Positions 10,328 through 20,191 of a stretch of DNA of 64,000 nucleotides are shown in pieces. The notes below the pieces were generated by a model that was not told the DNA's origin, ran no database searches, and saw nothing but the letters and a program-made list of their open reading frames with translations. The DNA comes from Alphaproteobacteria bacterium. GTDB taxonomy: Bacteria > Pseudomonadota > Alphaproteobacteria > UBA2966. Both the position numbers and the translations under genes were made by a program. The stretch's first letter is position 1; each line of letters starts with the position of its first letter. The stretch is from the NCBI GenBank assembly GCA_964291395.2, contig OZ219856.1, positions 864,001 to 928,000 of the forward strand, read 5' to 3'.

Positions 10328-11812
10328 TCAGGCCGCGGCAGATTTGGCCGCGGCTTCTTCGGCGAGGAACGCATTGACGTCGTCCTCGACGATGGTCCCC
10401 TTGAAGAAGTTGGGGTTCATGCCGGCGTGCAGCGTCACGGGATTGGTAAACGTAAAGTCGCGGAATCCGGCTTCATCGGCGCGACCGTCTTCCACCATCT
10501 CCCATGCTTCGGCCAATACGTCTGCCATGTTCGAGACATCCCAATGCCCGTAGTCCGAGCCGAAGGTCGCCTTCAGACGCGTATCGAAGGGTATGCCATC
10601 CGGTCGTAGCGCGAGCGGAATCATGACGTCGTCGGCTTCACAGCCGAACCACAGACGGTCGGCGAACCGCGTGACGATATCCTCGGCCCTTTCAACCCCT
10701 GCCACCGAGAATTCGTCCAACAACCGCGAATCCGCCTTGTCGACGACGGCCGCGAACGACGTGGACGCATAGCCGAGCCGCTCGTCCGAGCCGTAGGTGC
10801 CGGCCAGTCGCTGGCCGCCGTATTCGTCGAACAGCTTGGCCATCAACTCGTGGTCGAGCGTCCGGGGATCGAGGCGCCTCAATCCCTCCCCGCCGCGCTT
10901 GTGATAGACCTCGACGAGGGTCGCGAACAACGTAATGGCCCAACCCACACCACCTTCAAGGATGGCGAAGTTGAGATCGGGGAAGCGGCGGGTCACGCCG
11001 CCGAAGAACAGGCCACGGGCAAACGTGGCGCCGGCCTCCGCGAAGTGGCCGATCTGATTGAACATGTAGGATGAGATGGAGCGGCGCCAACCGTGTCCTT
11101 GCACACGGGAGTGGGCGGTCGGCGCAATCCCGAGGTCCATGCAGGTTTGCCAGAAGGGGTCGTAGTCGTATTCGGAGTCGAGGGCGAGATTGTCCACCCA
11201 GTAGGCGCACTCGCCGCTGTCGCTGACACCGGGCGGTCCGGCTTTTATCGGGCGGAAGTTGAGGCTCGCGACCATCGCCGCTTTGAGGCCCAGCTCTTTG
11301 ACGACGAACTCGAGCTCGGCCGTCCCCTCTTCGGGCGTGTTCGTCGGAATTGCGGCGGCCGGGGTGAGGCGGTCTTTCACGTCGCTGAAGATGTCCGCCA
11401 TCATGGTGTTCTGGGCGCGGCAGCCGGCCTGCCGCAGCTCGTCGTCCAGTTCGTCAACCAGAAAGAAAGCATAGGTCGGATAGACGATGCTGAAGTCGAA
11501 ACCGAATTCGTCGAGCCGCTTGCGCAGCAACTTGGGAAGCATCGCCGTGGCCCGATCTTCGGTGTTCCGGGAGGGAAAGGCCCAGAACGGTGGACGCTGC
11601 AGACGATAGTCCTTCAACTGCTCTTCGCTGAGCGTGTACCACATGGTTTCACGGCTCGTGCGCATGCGTTCGGTGTACCGCGCCGCCAAGTCGGAACCGG
11701 CGACTTGTTTGAGGAAGTCGAGGAAAACCGGCATGTGCTCGATCATGTGGCCGTCACAGTCGACGACCGGGTGGTTGAGCCTGGCGCGAATCTCAGCCGA
11801 GGGTGCGGACAT
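10328..11812 (-). CDS. Amidohydrolase family 2 metalloenzyme
   Basis: VVDCDGH metal motif, YDPFWQTC, GVTRRFPDLNFAILEGGVGW, FGSDYGHWD. Start set at ATG 11812 (MSAPSAEIR). Confidence 0.85.
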   Translation of the reverse strand: MSAPSAEIRARLNHPVVDCDGHMIEHMPVFLDFLKQVAGSDLAARYTERMRTSRETMWYTLSEEQLKDYRLQRPPFWAFPSRNTEDRATAMLPKLLRKRLDEFGFDFSIVYPTYAFFLVDELDDELRQAGCRAQNTMMADIFSDVKDRLTPAAAIPTNTPEEGTAELEFVVKELGLKAAMVASLNFRPIKAGPPGVSDSGECAYWVDNLALDSEYDYDPFWQTCMDLGIAPTAHSRVQGHGWRRSISSYMFNQIGHFAEAGATFARGLFFGGVTRRFPDLNFAILEGGVGWAITLFATLVEVYHKRGGEGLRRLDPRTLDHELMAKLFDEYGGQRLAGTYGSDERLGYASTSFAAVVDKADSRLLDEFSVAGVERAEDIVTRFADRLWFGCEADDVMIPLALRPDGIPFDTRLKATFGSDYGHWDVSNMADVLAEAWEMVEDGRADEAGFRDFTFTNPVTLHAGMNPNFFKGTIVEDDVNAFLAEEAAAKSAAA

Positions 11813-11979
11813 CGCGAAGTCTCCGGCGCTTGCCACGATTTGCCAATTGATGGGGAGAGGATATCGCCATGACCCTTGCGCGGCAATTTCGGTCGCGTTG
11901 GCGCGAGCGCAGCAGCGCATGGTAAAAGCGGGCGGGCGGGAATGATGATCGCAGTCGTCGGGTAGACGGGAGCACTGCA

Positions 11980-13215
11980 GTGACCGTGGCCGTGAAGCAA
12001 GGAGATGCGCGGCTGATCGGACCCCTCTCGGGTGTTCGCGCCGTCGAGATGGGTCAGCTATTGGCCGGACCGTTCGTCGGCGCGCGCATCGCGGACTTCG
12101 GTGCCGAGGTGATCAAGGTGGAGACGCCGGGCACTGGAGATCCAATGCGCAATTGGGGTCAGCGCCGTCATCGCGGCCGCTCGTTGTGGTGGCCGGTGCT
12201 CGCCCGCAACAAGAAATCGGTGACCGCGAACCTGCGGGATGAACGGGGACAGGACTTGGTCCGGCGCCTCTGCGCGAAAGCGGATGTGCTGATCGAGAAT
12301 TTCAAGCCGGGGACGCTGGAGAAATGGGGTCTCGGTCCGGAAGAGCTTCAACGGATCACCCCGCGTCTGGTCGTGGTCAGGGTTTCAGGCTTCGGCCAGA
12401 CCGGGCCTTACGCGAGCCGTCCCGGTTTCGCCAGCGTTGGCGAGGCCATGGGCGGGCTCCGTTACATCAACGGCTATCCGGACCAGCCGCCACCGCGCTG
12501 CGGTATCTCGCTCGGGGATACCCTCACGGGCATGTTCGCCGTGCAGGGTCTGCTCATGGCGCTCTATTGGCGGGATGCTTTGGGGGGCGGCAAGGGGCAG
12601 ATTGTCGACGCGGCGATAAGCGAATCCTGTTTCACGATGATGGAGAGCTCGCTGCCCGAATACGATGCATTCGGCATCGTGCGTCAGCCGAGCGGGACCG
12701 GCCTCGCCAAGATCGCTCCCTCCAACATCTACCCGACCAGCGATGGCAAATGGGTGGTGGTCGCAGCGAATCTGGACCCACTGTTTCGGCGGTTGTCCGT
12801 GGCCATGGGAAAACCCGAGTGGGCGGACGATCCGCGATTCAAGACGCACGAGGCTCGGGGGGAGCATCAGGAAGAGCTCGACGGCATGATCGCGGATTGG
12901 ACGAAAACCAAGACGGCCGAAGAGCTCGACACCCTGCTCAACGAACACGGTGTGGTCTGTGGACCGATCCACACGATTGCCGATATCGCCAAGGACCCGC
13001 AGTTCTTGGATCGCGGCATGGTGCGCCGTTTCGATGACGAACTGCTCGGCGACATCGCCATACCCGGCATCGCGCCGCGTTTGACGGAGACGGAGAGTGA
13101 CATCGCCTGGTTGGGCCCGCCGGAACCGGGCTACCATAACGAAGAGATCTACGGCGGGTTGCTCGGCCTGAATGACGGCGAGTTGTCGGACCTTCGCGAT
13201 GAGGGGATCATCTAG
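11980..13215 (+). CDS. Family III CoA transferase (CaiB/BaiF)
   Basis: GPLSGVR, AGP...ADFGAEVIKVE, RNKKS, ADVLIENFKPG, SGFGQTGPY, LGD catalytic Asp. Confidence 0.93.
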   Translation: MTVAVKQGDARLIGPLSGVRAVEMGQLLAGPFVGARIADFGAEVIKVETPGTGDPMRNWGQRRHRGRSLWWPVLARNKKSVTANLRDERGQDLVRRLCAKADVLIENFKPGTLEKWGLGPEELQRITPRLVVVRVSGFGQTGPYASRPGFASVGEAMGGLRYINGYPDQPPPRCGISLGDTLTGMFAVQGLLMALYWRDALGGGKGQIVDAAISESCFTMMESSLPEYDAFGIVRQPSGTGLAKIAPSNIYPTSDGKWVVVAANLDPLFRRLSVAMGKPEWADDPRFKTHEARGEHQEELDGMIADWTKTKTAEELDTLLNEHGVVCGPIHTIADIAKDPQFLDRGMVRRFDDELLGDIAIPGIAPRLTETESDIAWLGPPEPGYHNEEIYGGLLGLNDGELSDLRDEGII

Positions 13216-13218
13216 GCC

Positions 13219-14145
13219 ATGACCACGATCGATATCTGCGAGGTGGGGCCACGGGACGGCCTGCAGAGCGAACCGCGAATCTGGAGTGTCGATGAGCGGG
13301 TCGAACTCATCGACCGGCTCAGCACGACGGGTGTCAAGCGGATCGAGGCGGTCAGCTTCGTCAATCCTAAGCGCGTGCCGCAAATGGCTGCCGCCGAGGA
13401 CGTGATGGCTGGCGTCAAGAGACCGGACGGCGTGACGTTCGTCGGTCTCGCCCTCAACCTCCGTGGCGTGGAGCGCGCCATCGGTGCCGGTGTCGACGAG
13501 GTCCGCTACGTGGTCGTGGCGAGCGAGACCTTCAATCGGAAGAACCAGGGATCGAGTATCGACGACACCCTTCGGAGCTACCGCGACATGGCGGGAAGCG
13601 TGACGGCGGCGGGTCTGCGATTGTCTGCCGTGGTTGCCGCGGCATTCGGTTGCCCGTTTGAAGGCGAGGTCGCCTTGAGCAAGGTGACGGACCTCGCCCG
13701 CGTACTGGTCGGCGAGGGCGCACAGGACATTTATCTCGCCGATACGATCGGTGCCGCCGTCCCCAATCAGATTGCGGAAGGTATTGCGGCGACGCGCGAC
13801 GTTGTCGGCGGCGCGGTGACGCTGGGATGTCATCTTCACAACACGCGCAATACGGGCTTCGCCAACGCGGTTGCGGCCGTTCAGGCGGGCGTCCGGCTGC
13901 TCGACTCATCCGTGGGCGGCATCGGAGGCTGTCCGTTTGCGCCGAGGGCAACCGGCAATATCGCCACCGAGGATCTCTGCTTCCTTCTGCGCAACATGGG
14001 TTATGAGACCGGCGTCGACGTCGGTGCCGTCATCGAGGTCGCCCGGTGGGCGGAAACCTCTTTCGACGCTCCCCTTCCCGGCCAGGTCATGAAGGCGGGA
14101 CTGTTTCCGGAAAGCGCCAAGCTCCTGCAAGACGCCGCGGAGTGA
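13219..14145 (+). CDS. Hydroxymethylglutaryl-CoA lyase family (DRE-TIM metallolyase)
   Basis: EVGPRDGLQ, AFGCPFEG, LADTIG, HLHNTR, GGIGGCPFAP.ATGNIATED. Confidence 0.92.
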   Translation: MTTIDICEVGPRDGLQSEPRIWSVDERVELIDRLSTTGVKRIEAVSFVNPKRVPQMAAAEDVMAGVKRPDGVTFVGLALNLRGVERAIGAGVDEVRYVVVASETFNRKNQGSSIDDTLRSYRDMAGSVTAAGLRLSAVVAAAFGCPFEGEVALSKVTDLARVLVGEGAQDIYLADTIGAAVPNQIAEGIAATRDVVGGAVTLGCHLHNTRNTGFANAVAAVQAGVRLLDSSVGGIGGCPFAPRATGNIATEDLCFLLRNMGYETGVDVGAVIEVARWAETSFDAPLPGQVMKAGLFPESAKLLQDAAE

Positions 14146-14251
14146 ACCTTTCGATGGTCTTCTCACGGGGCGCCGAGTAAGGAAATCGGCGTCGGACCCC
14201 CGCATTTGTCGTTTGTCCGGCACCTTACTCTCCCCGCTCATTCGTCGATGC

Positions 14252-14788
14252 TCAGGGGGGTCCCAGCATGGCAGCGCATCTTGCAAGTGCGGCATCGACC
14301 GCACGTGCGTAGGCAAGCTCCTCCGGGCTGGCGGGGGAGGAAGGAACGGAAGCTGACCGGCTGGTGCCGAAACTGAACGACATGCCGCCCGCGCTTCCTG
14401 CCGTCGGAGTTCCGCCGCCTCCGACGCGCGCACTGCCGAACTGTGCCTTGGTGACTTCGCCTTCGTCGATCACCAGCTTACAGAGCACGATAATCTCGTC
14501 GCCCTCGCGGCGGCGGTCGATCACGTCGTAGCGCCAGCCGTCGCCGTAACGTTCGTTCAAGGTCCTGACGGTTTCGGAATCGGCGCTATCGGGTTCCGGG
14601 GCCCGTCGGGCCGAAGGCGGTGATGTTGCGGGTGGCTCGGTCGCAGGAGGCGGCGGGGGCGGGTCCGTGAAGGATGGCGCTCCAGCCGTGGATGCCGGTC
14701 CCGGGTAAAGCGCATCCAACTCGCGCCGGTTCCTTGCGAGCATCTCGTCGAATGCCGCCGTCGAACTCGTTCGTTTGTTGGTCGTCAT
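14252..14788 (-). CDS. Hypothetical protein: N-terminal amphipathic helix, Pro-rich linker and degenerate Rad52/Rad22-like domain
   Basis: LNERYGDGWRYDV...IVLCKLVIDEGEVTKAQFG...AYARAVDAALARCAAMLG fits the Rad52/22 core pattern and aligns with extensions on both hydantoinase B proteins. Starts 10 nt after the isochorismatase gene. Confidence 0.75.
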   Translation of the reverse strand: MTTNKRTSSTAAFDEMLARNRRELDALYPGPASTAGAPSFTDPPPPPPATEPPATSPPSARRAPEPDSADSETVRTLNERYGDGWRYDVIDRRREGDEIIVLCKLVIDEGEVTKAQFGSARVGGGGTPTAGSAGGMSFSFGTSRSASVPSSPASPEELAYARAVDAALARCAAMLGPP

Positions 14789-14798
14789 GGCCGAGTCC

Positions 14799-15512
14799 TC
14801 AGCCGTGCAGGCTCGGACCCTGATTCCACCAGCGCTGGAACTCCTCGTTCGCGCGGCCCCTGTGACCGTTCCCGGCCTCGAGCGACTTCAGGTACTGGAG
14901 GACATCGCTGATGGGCACGACATCACCGTATTTGGCGTCGATGTCTAACAGGTTCGCCTCGTGCGGTCCCTGCGCCCGGTCGCCGACGCCGTCGCGCACG
15001 ACGATGGTGTGATAGCCGCATTGCAGCGAGTCTATGGCCGACGCACGGATGCAGCCGCTGGTCGTGCAGCCGGTCATGACGACGGTATCCACACCGTGAG
15101 AGCGGAGGTAGGTGTCGACGTTGGTTTGAAAGAAGGCGCTGGCGTACTTTTTGACGGAGACGAGTTCGCCAGTCTGGGGACGGATCCGATCATCAACCTG
15201 GGTGGTCGGCGATCCTTTCACCAGAATCCCGAGTGACGGGATCTTCTTGATGAATAGTCCCGCGTCCCGGTAATCGTGCTCGTACTCGATGACCGTAAAG
15301 GCGATGGGCAACTGCGCGCCGCGGAACTCTTCGAGCAGTTGTGCCGTCACCGCCAGTTCCTTGGAGAAATCGCCTCCGAGCGGAGATGACGGATCGGTGA
15401 ATCCGTTGATGAAATCGACGATCAACAGTGCCGGGCGGGAGCCGTATCCTGAACGGTCCGCGAAGCCTTTGTCCCGATATTGCTTGAGCGTTTCGTCTCG
15501 CCAGTCGTTCAT
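14799..15512 (-). CDS. Isochorismatase-family cysteine hydrolase (N-carbamoylsarcosine/maleamate amidase-like), copy 1
   Basis: RPALLIVDFINGFT, KKYASAFFQT, TGCTTSGCIRASAID (Asp-Lys-Cys triad), DIDAKYGDV. RBS-like AGAGGGAAG upstream. Confidence 0.9.
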   Translation of the reverse strand: MNDWRDETLKQYRDKGFADRSGYGSRPALLIVDFINGFTDPSSPLGGDFSKELAVTAQLLEEFRGAQLPIAFTVIEYEHDYRDAGLFIKKIPSLGILVKGSPTTQVDDRIRPQTGELVSVKKYASAFFQTNVDTYLRSHGVDTVVMTGCTTSGCIRASAIDSLQCGYHTIVVRDGVGDRAQGPHEANLLDIDAKYGDVVPISDVLQYLKSLEAGNGHRGRANEEFQRWWNQGPSLHG

Positions 15513-15630
15513 AATTCTTCCCTCTGCAACGACACAGTCTAGCGCACGAGGTCACGATCAACGAGGGCGGGGACGCGGCGCGCTTGATCTGCAATTGCCG
15601 TCTCTGTATCAACGAGCCAGAGGGAGGACG

Positions 15631-15723
15631 ATGAAGGTACGGGCGCCGGGACCGCCACCCGGAAAGGGGTTGCCGGCCGTCGGTTCTCCCGCGCGACTTC
15701 TGGACGGGAGGCTCAGCCCATGA
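15631..15723 (+). CDS. Possible 30-aa upstream/leader peptide ([30 protein letters not shown])
   Basis: Purine-rich AGAGGGAGG just before ATG 15631. Its TGA overlaps the next start (ATGA). No homology evidence. Confidence 0.3.
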   Translation: MKVRAPGPPPGKGLPAVGSPARLLDGRLSP

Positions 15724-16775
15724 ATACCCCCTACGGAGGTTCTCGAGGCGCCGGTGTGGCGGGCGGGTCGGCCACGGGTCCAGCCTATCGACCGACACCC
15801 CTCGTATCGGGACCGGGCTCGCGCTCGACGACGAGCATCGGGCGTGCGTCGCTGTCTCGCGCGGGCGGCGAGAAGGAAATCTTCTGCGCTTTCGGGATCG
15901 ACGTCGATGCGGTCGCCGGTTGGCTGGGGTCCTATGGAGGTCAGGACTCGCCTTGCGATATCTCCCGGGGCCTGTTCGCCGGCGAAGTCGGCGTGCCGCG
16001 CCTGGTCCGGCTGTTCGACAAGTTGGGTATCCGCACGTCATGGTTCATTCCGGGTCACTCGATCGAGACGTTTCCGGAGCAATGCAAGATGGTTGTCGAT
16101 GCCGGCCATGAGATCGGCATGCACGGCTATTCGCACGAGAATCCAATCGCCATGACGCGGGAGCAGGAGGAGGCGGTTCTCGACAAATGCATCGACCTGA
16201 TCGAGCGGCTTTCGGGTCGGCGCCCGACCGGATACGTGGCGCCGTGGTGGGAGTTCAGCCCCGTGACCAACGAGCTGCTGCTCAGCAGAGGCATCAAGTA
16301 TGACCACAGCCTTATGAACGACGATTTTCATCCCTTTTATGTTCGGGTGGGGGACAGCTGGACGCCGATCGATTACTCCAAGCACCCGAACGAGTGGATG
16401 AAGCCATTGGTTCGTGGTGAAGAGACGGATCTCATCGATATTCCCGGCAGTTGGTATCTCGACGACCTGCCGCCCATGATGTTCATCAAGAGCGCACCGA
16501 ACAGCTTCGGCTGGGTCAAGCCGCGCGATGTGGAGGAGTTGTGGCGCGACCAGTTCGACTGGGTCTACCGCGAGTATGACTACGCGGTCTTCACGATGAC
16601 GATTCATCCCGACGTTTCGGGTCGGCCGCAGGTCCTGCTCATGCTGGAGCGGGTCTACGAATATCTCAGCGGCCATTCGGGCGTGCGGTTCCGCACCTTC
16701 GATGAAATTGCGGACGATTTCCGAAAGCGCCATCCCAGGAACGCGGGCGCGGGAGCCGCGGCGGCGGCGGAGTAG
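15720..16775 (+). CDS. Polysaccharide deacetylase family (H. pylori PgdA/PuuE-like CE4) hydrolase with ~50-aa N-terminal extension
   Basis: [68 protein letters not shown] lies 8 nt before ATG 15720. Confidence 0.9.
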   Translation: MNTPYGGSRGAGVAGGSATGPAYRPTPLVSGPGSRSTTSIGRASLSRAGGEKEIFCAFGIDVDAVAGWLGSYGGQDSPCDISRGLFAGEVGVPRLVRLFDKLGIRTSWFIPGHSIETFPEQCKMVVDAGHEIGMHGYSHENPIAMTREQEEAVLDKCIDLIERLSGRRPTGYVAPWWEFSPVTNELLLSRGIKYDHSLMNDDFHPFYVRVGDSWTPIDYSKHPNEWMKPLVRGEETDLIDIPGSWYLDDLPPMMFIKSAPNSFGWVKPRDVEELWRDQFDWVYREYDYAVFTMTIHPDVSGRPQVLLMLERVYEYLSGHSGVRFRTFDEIADDFRKRHPRNAGAGAAAAAE

Positions 16776-17119
16776 TGCGTGCGGTGTGTGGCTTGTGCGG
16801 CATGCTGGGTGGGCCGGGTCACTGGACAGAGACGGCGACGAACGCGGAAGCTTTTCAAGGGCGTGCAAGGTCTCATACCTGGCACCGCGAGCGACAGGAC
16901 CGTGTGCGGCTCGTCAACAGGGTTCTGAGGCACTATGGGTTCAATTTGAGTGATTGGGCGGCGACGTCGTTCGTGCTGCGTAGCCACACCGGCCAGACGA
17001 GTTTGGTCGACAATCTGACCGAGGTTTGGGCGGCGGCGGAGGCGCTCAGCAAGCGGGACTGTGACCCGCTGGACGAAGATCTTTTGACCGCACTGTCCGA
17101 AGACGAAGCGGCGGGATGA
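16775..17119 (+). CDS. Small hypothetical protein with N-terminal CxxC...HW (putative metal-binding)
   Basis: CGLCGMLGGPGHWTE. Overlaps both neighbours, which suggests translational coupling. Alternative start GTG 16784. Confidence 0.75.
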   Translation: MRAVCGLCGMLGGPGHWTETATNAEAFQGRARSHTWHRERQDRVRLVNRVLRHYGFNLSDWAATSFVLRSHTGQTSLVDNLTEVWAAAEALSKRDCDPLDEDLLTALSEDEAAG

Positions 17120-18213
17120 CCGACTACGCCGCGCTCATTCCCGTCAACGTGGTCACCGGGTTCCTCGGCAGCGGCAAGACGACCCTGCTGCAGAAGCTTC
17201 TTGCCTCGCCCCGGCTCAAGGATACGGCGGTGTTGGTCAACGAGTTCGGTGAGGTGGGTCTGGACCATCATCTGTTGGAGAACGTCTCCGAAGGCGCGTT
17301 GCTGCTGGAGAACGGCTGCGTTTGCTGTGCGCTGCGCGAGGATCTCCGGGAGTCCTTGCGCGACCTCTTCTCCCGCCGCGAGCGGGGAGTGATTCCGGAA
17401 TTCCGCCGTGTGGTCATCGAGACCTCGGGCCTCGCGGATCCCGTTCCCATCGCCTACACCGTGCTCACTGAACCGGTGATTCAACATCACTTTCGCCTTG
17501 GCAACATCGTTGCTACCGTCGATGCGTTGAACGGTCGCACGCAACTCGATCGGAACCCCGAATCACTCAAACAAGCGGCCGTGGCCGACCGCCTGATCCT
17601 GACCAAGACCGATCTGGCACCGGCGGGTCAGGTAAATGCGCTGCGCACTGAGCTCCGCCGCCTGAACGGCAGTGCCGTTCTCGTCGATTCGAATGTCGAA
17701 TATCCCGATCCCGAACGCTTGCTCATGGACGACGCCTTCGACCGGGAAGGCCGCGACCGGGACGTCGATCGCTGGTTGCAAGACCGCGTGTCGGGAATGG
17801 AGCCTTCGGAGCATCCGCACGGCTTGCAGGCCCACGACGGAACGTATTCCTTCTCCGTTCGGGTCGATACGCCGCTCGATTGGAGCGCCTTCGGCGTATG
17901 GATGACCATGCTACTCAACCGGCATGGCGACAAGGTATTGCGCATCAAGGGACTACTGAACGTTGCGGGCGTCGCCGCACCGGTGCTCATCAACGGCGTG
18001 CAGCACGTCGTGCATCCTCCCGTGCATCTCGAACGCTGGCCGGACGCGGACCACAGCAGCCGAATCGTCTTCGTCGTGCAGGGTCTATCGCGGGAACGTA
18101 TAGAGGTGTCCCTGAAGGTGTTCAACGCGCTCGCCAATCCCGCGGCGGCGTCTGAGAGCGTGCCGCCGGTCAAGGATCAGACGGCGTTGGAAACAGCTCC
18201 ATCTCGACCGTAG
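17116..18213 (+). CDS. CobW/COG0523 family GTPase (metallochaperone)
   Basis: TGFLGSGKTT, NEFGEVGLD, GCVCC, IETSGLADP, TKTD, and a CobW C-terminal domain (LRIKGL...GVQH). Confidence 0.92.
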   Translation: MTDYAALIPVNVVTGFLGSGKTTLLQKLLASPRLKDTAVLVNEFGEVGLDHHLLENVSEGALLLENGCVCCALREDLRESLRDLFSRRERGVIPEFRRVVIETSGLADPVPIAYTVLTEPVIQHHFRLGNIVATVDALNGRTQLDRNPESLKQAAVADRLILTKTDLAPAGQVNALRTELRRLNGSAVLVDSNVEYPDPERLLMDDAFDREGRDRDVDRWLQDRVSGMEPSEHPHGLQAHDGTYSFSVRVDTPLDWSAFGVWMTMLLNRHGDKVLRIKGLLNVAGVAAPVLINGVQHVVHPPVHLERWPDADHSSRIVFVVQGLSRERIEVSLKVFNALANPAAASESVPPVKDQTALETAPSRP

Positions 18214-19439
18214 CCGCGCAGCGCGATCACCAGCGAGACGGTCGCGGCAAGACAGTAAAGCGCCATCAAGGCGCATATGTTCCCTACTGAAACGCCGGCA
18301 TCCATAGGCGCTCCCATGGCCAGCGGCCCCAGGGCGGACGAGAAAACGGAGATCGAGGTCGCCAGGGAGCGGATAGCGCCAAAGTGGCGCACCCCGTAAA
18401 CCTCGGCCCACAACGAGGTGAGTGCCGTGAAGTTGACGCCCACCGTCAGGCCAAGGAGAAGAAGGTAGGGCAGGGCCCACAGATAATGGTCGAATGCCCA
18501 GACGATGAATAAGGCGAGCAGCATCGAAATCAAGGAGCCGGGTAATATCTGCGCGGCCGAGAGGCGATCGATCAGCGGACCTGCGGTGAGGGACGCGGCG
18601 ACGGATCCCGCGGCGTAGATCCAGTAGCTGCCGGCGACCCAGTCAATCCCCCATTCCTTGGCGCGGGCGAGCTCCGGATGATGAAAGAAGAGGGCGGTGA
18701 CGATGATCGATGGTGCCACCATTGCCGGCACCATGAGATAGAAACGCCAATCGCGGAGGACCTGTGCCCTGGTCCACGAGCCTTCGGATGCACGCACCGT
18801 GGCGCTTTCCGTGGTCGACGTCTCATGCGGCGAGAGGTCTTCCTGTCTGCGTCCAAGCAACCACCAGGCCAGGGGCGTCACGACCAGCGCGAGTACGGCG
18901 GCGGATGCGGCGAAGGTGATGCGCCAGCCCACCGCCGCGATGGTCAGCACGGCGAGAAAAGGCAGCAGCGATCCACCCGCCGAGAAGCCGAGAGCGGCGA
19001 ACGCAACCGCCTTTCCGCGATCGGCCCGGAAACCGCGAGCCACCGCCGTGGTGCCGGTGTGTATCGCCAGTCCTTGCCCTGCTTGGCGCAACAGGAGTAT
19101 GGCGACGATCAGAAACACGGCCGATGGTACCAACGCCATGAATGCCGCTGCCGCGACGAGGCCGGCGCACACGAGCATGGTGTATCGTCGCAGCGTTATC
19201 CGATCGATCTGCTGTCCGGTCCACGGTAACAGCAGGGCACTCAACAGCGTTCCCGCCATATAGATGGACCCCCACGCCGTGTGGCTGAGGCCGAACTCAT
19301 CCTGGATTGCCGGTCCGAAGACTCCGATGAAATAGGTCTGACCCACGCTCGATGCGAAGGCCATGATGAAACCGAAGGCCAGGACACGCGTGTTGTCCGT
19401 GCTGGCGAGAGCGAAGCGCAGATAACTGGCAAATGGCAT
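18177..19439 (-). CDS. MFS transporter
   Basis: About 12 hydrophobic segments, GQQIDRIT and GPLIDRLS motif-A-like loops, SSVGQTYFIG. Confidence 0.88.
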   Translation of the reverse strand: MPFASYLRFALASTDNTRVLAFGFIMAFASSVGQTYFIGVFGPAIQDEFGLSHTAWGSIYMAGTLLSALLLPWTGQQIDRITLRRYTMLVCAGLVAAAAFMALVPSAVFLIVAILLLRQAGQGLAIHTGTTAVARGFRADRGKAVAFAALGFSAGGSLLPFLAVLTIAAVGWRITFAASAAVLALVVTPLAWWLLGRRQEDLSPHETSTTESATVRASEGSWTRAQVLRDWRFYLMVPAMVAPSIIVTALFFHHPELARAKEWGIDWVAGSYWIYAAGSVAASLTAGPLIDRLSAAQILPGSLISMLLALFIVWAFDHYLWALPYLLLLGLTVGVNFTALTSLWAEVYGVRHFGAIRSLATSISVFSSALGPLAMGAPMDAGVSVGNICALMALYCLAATVSLVIALRGYGRDGAVSNAV

Positions 19440-19546
19440 CGTTTATCGGAAGGTCGGTAGGGCGCCGCGAGGGCAAGGGCACGGATCGTGCGCATGGGGT
19501 GGCACGGATGGGCCTCCCGTCCACGACGAGAGAAATCCTTCAGGGT

Positions 19547-20077
19547 TCAGGAGCCGCTGTCGGACAAAGAGGTGGTGCGCGGCGGCGGGCGGCGCGGTGT
19601 CCAGCCCACACGGAACGCGCGAACGGCGAAGTGCAGCAGATAGAACAGAATGGCGAGGATCACCAGCAGGACGATGGCGAGCAGTTTCTCGCCGAAAGCC
19701 CCTCCGATGATCTCTTCGCGGCCGATCAAATGCTCCGCCAGCACCTCGACCGCCTGGAGGGTGGCCCCGGCGCAGAAGATCACCGCGATCAGGATCGAAA
19801 TCAGCAAGGTATCGAATACGAGGCCGTCGACTTCCAGTCGGGCGACGCTTCGAATGATATTCCTGCGGAAAGACTGCCAATGGGCGACGGCGTAGCCGAT
19901 CACGCCGACCACCGAAGCGAACCAGAAGATCACGTTGCTGAAGCGGATGTTCGGGATGCTCGCCGTGAGGAATGTTTCGAAGGGTTTATAAAAGTACAGA
20001 AAAATCAACAGGATGATCACGGCGATCAGGGTGATCCAGAACTTGGTGGCGTAGCGTGTGACGGGTTCCCGGGCCAT
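19547..20077 (-). CDS. Uncharacterised 4-TM membrane protein (paralogue of 40343-40822)
   Basis: Four hydrophobic stretches. Shares LIFLYFY.PFE, IFW, HW, GA.LQAV and AFG with 40343-40822. Start ATG 20077 or TTG 20092. Confidence 0.8.
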   Translation of the reverse strand: MAREPVTRYATKFWITLIAVIILLIFLYFYKPFETFLTASIPNIRFSNVIFWFASVVGVIGYAVAHWQSFRRNIIRSVARLEVDGLVFDTLLISILIAVIFCAGATLQAVEVLAEHLIGREEIIGGAFGEKLLAIVLLVILAILFYLLHFAVRAFRVGWTPRRPPPRTTSLSDSGS

Positions 20078-20191
20078 GAGGCGGCGTGCCAATCCTAGAC
20101 GGTCCTACGGCTGCGGGGATCGTAGGCCATAGTCTCTCCAAATCAAACCCCGAGAAGGGAACTGAAGCCTGCGCAGGGTAGGATTCCGCAT

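Noticed and set aside
14252-14788. Rad52-like gene as a sign of a prophage recombinase (Sak-type) or DNA-repair locus
   Set aside because: There are no phage or repair genes nearby, the DNA-binding elements appear to be missing, and the same domain is fused to metabolic enzymes.
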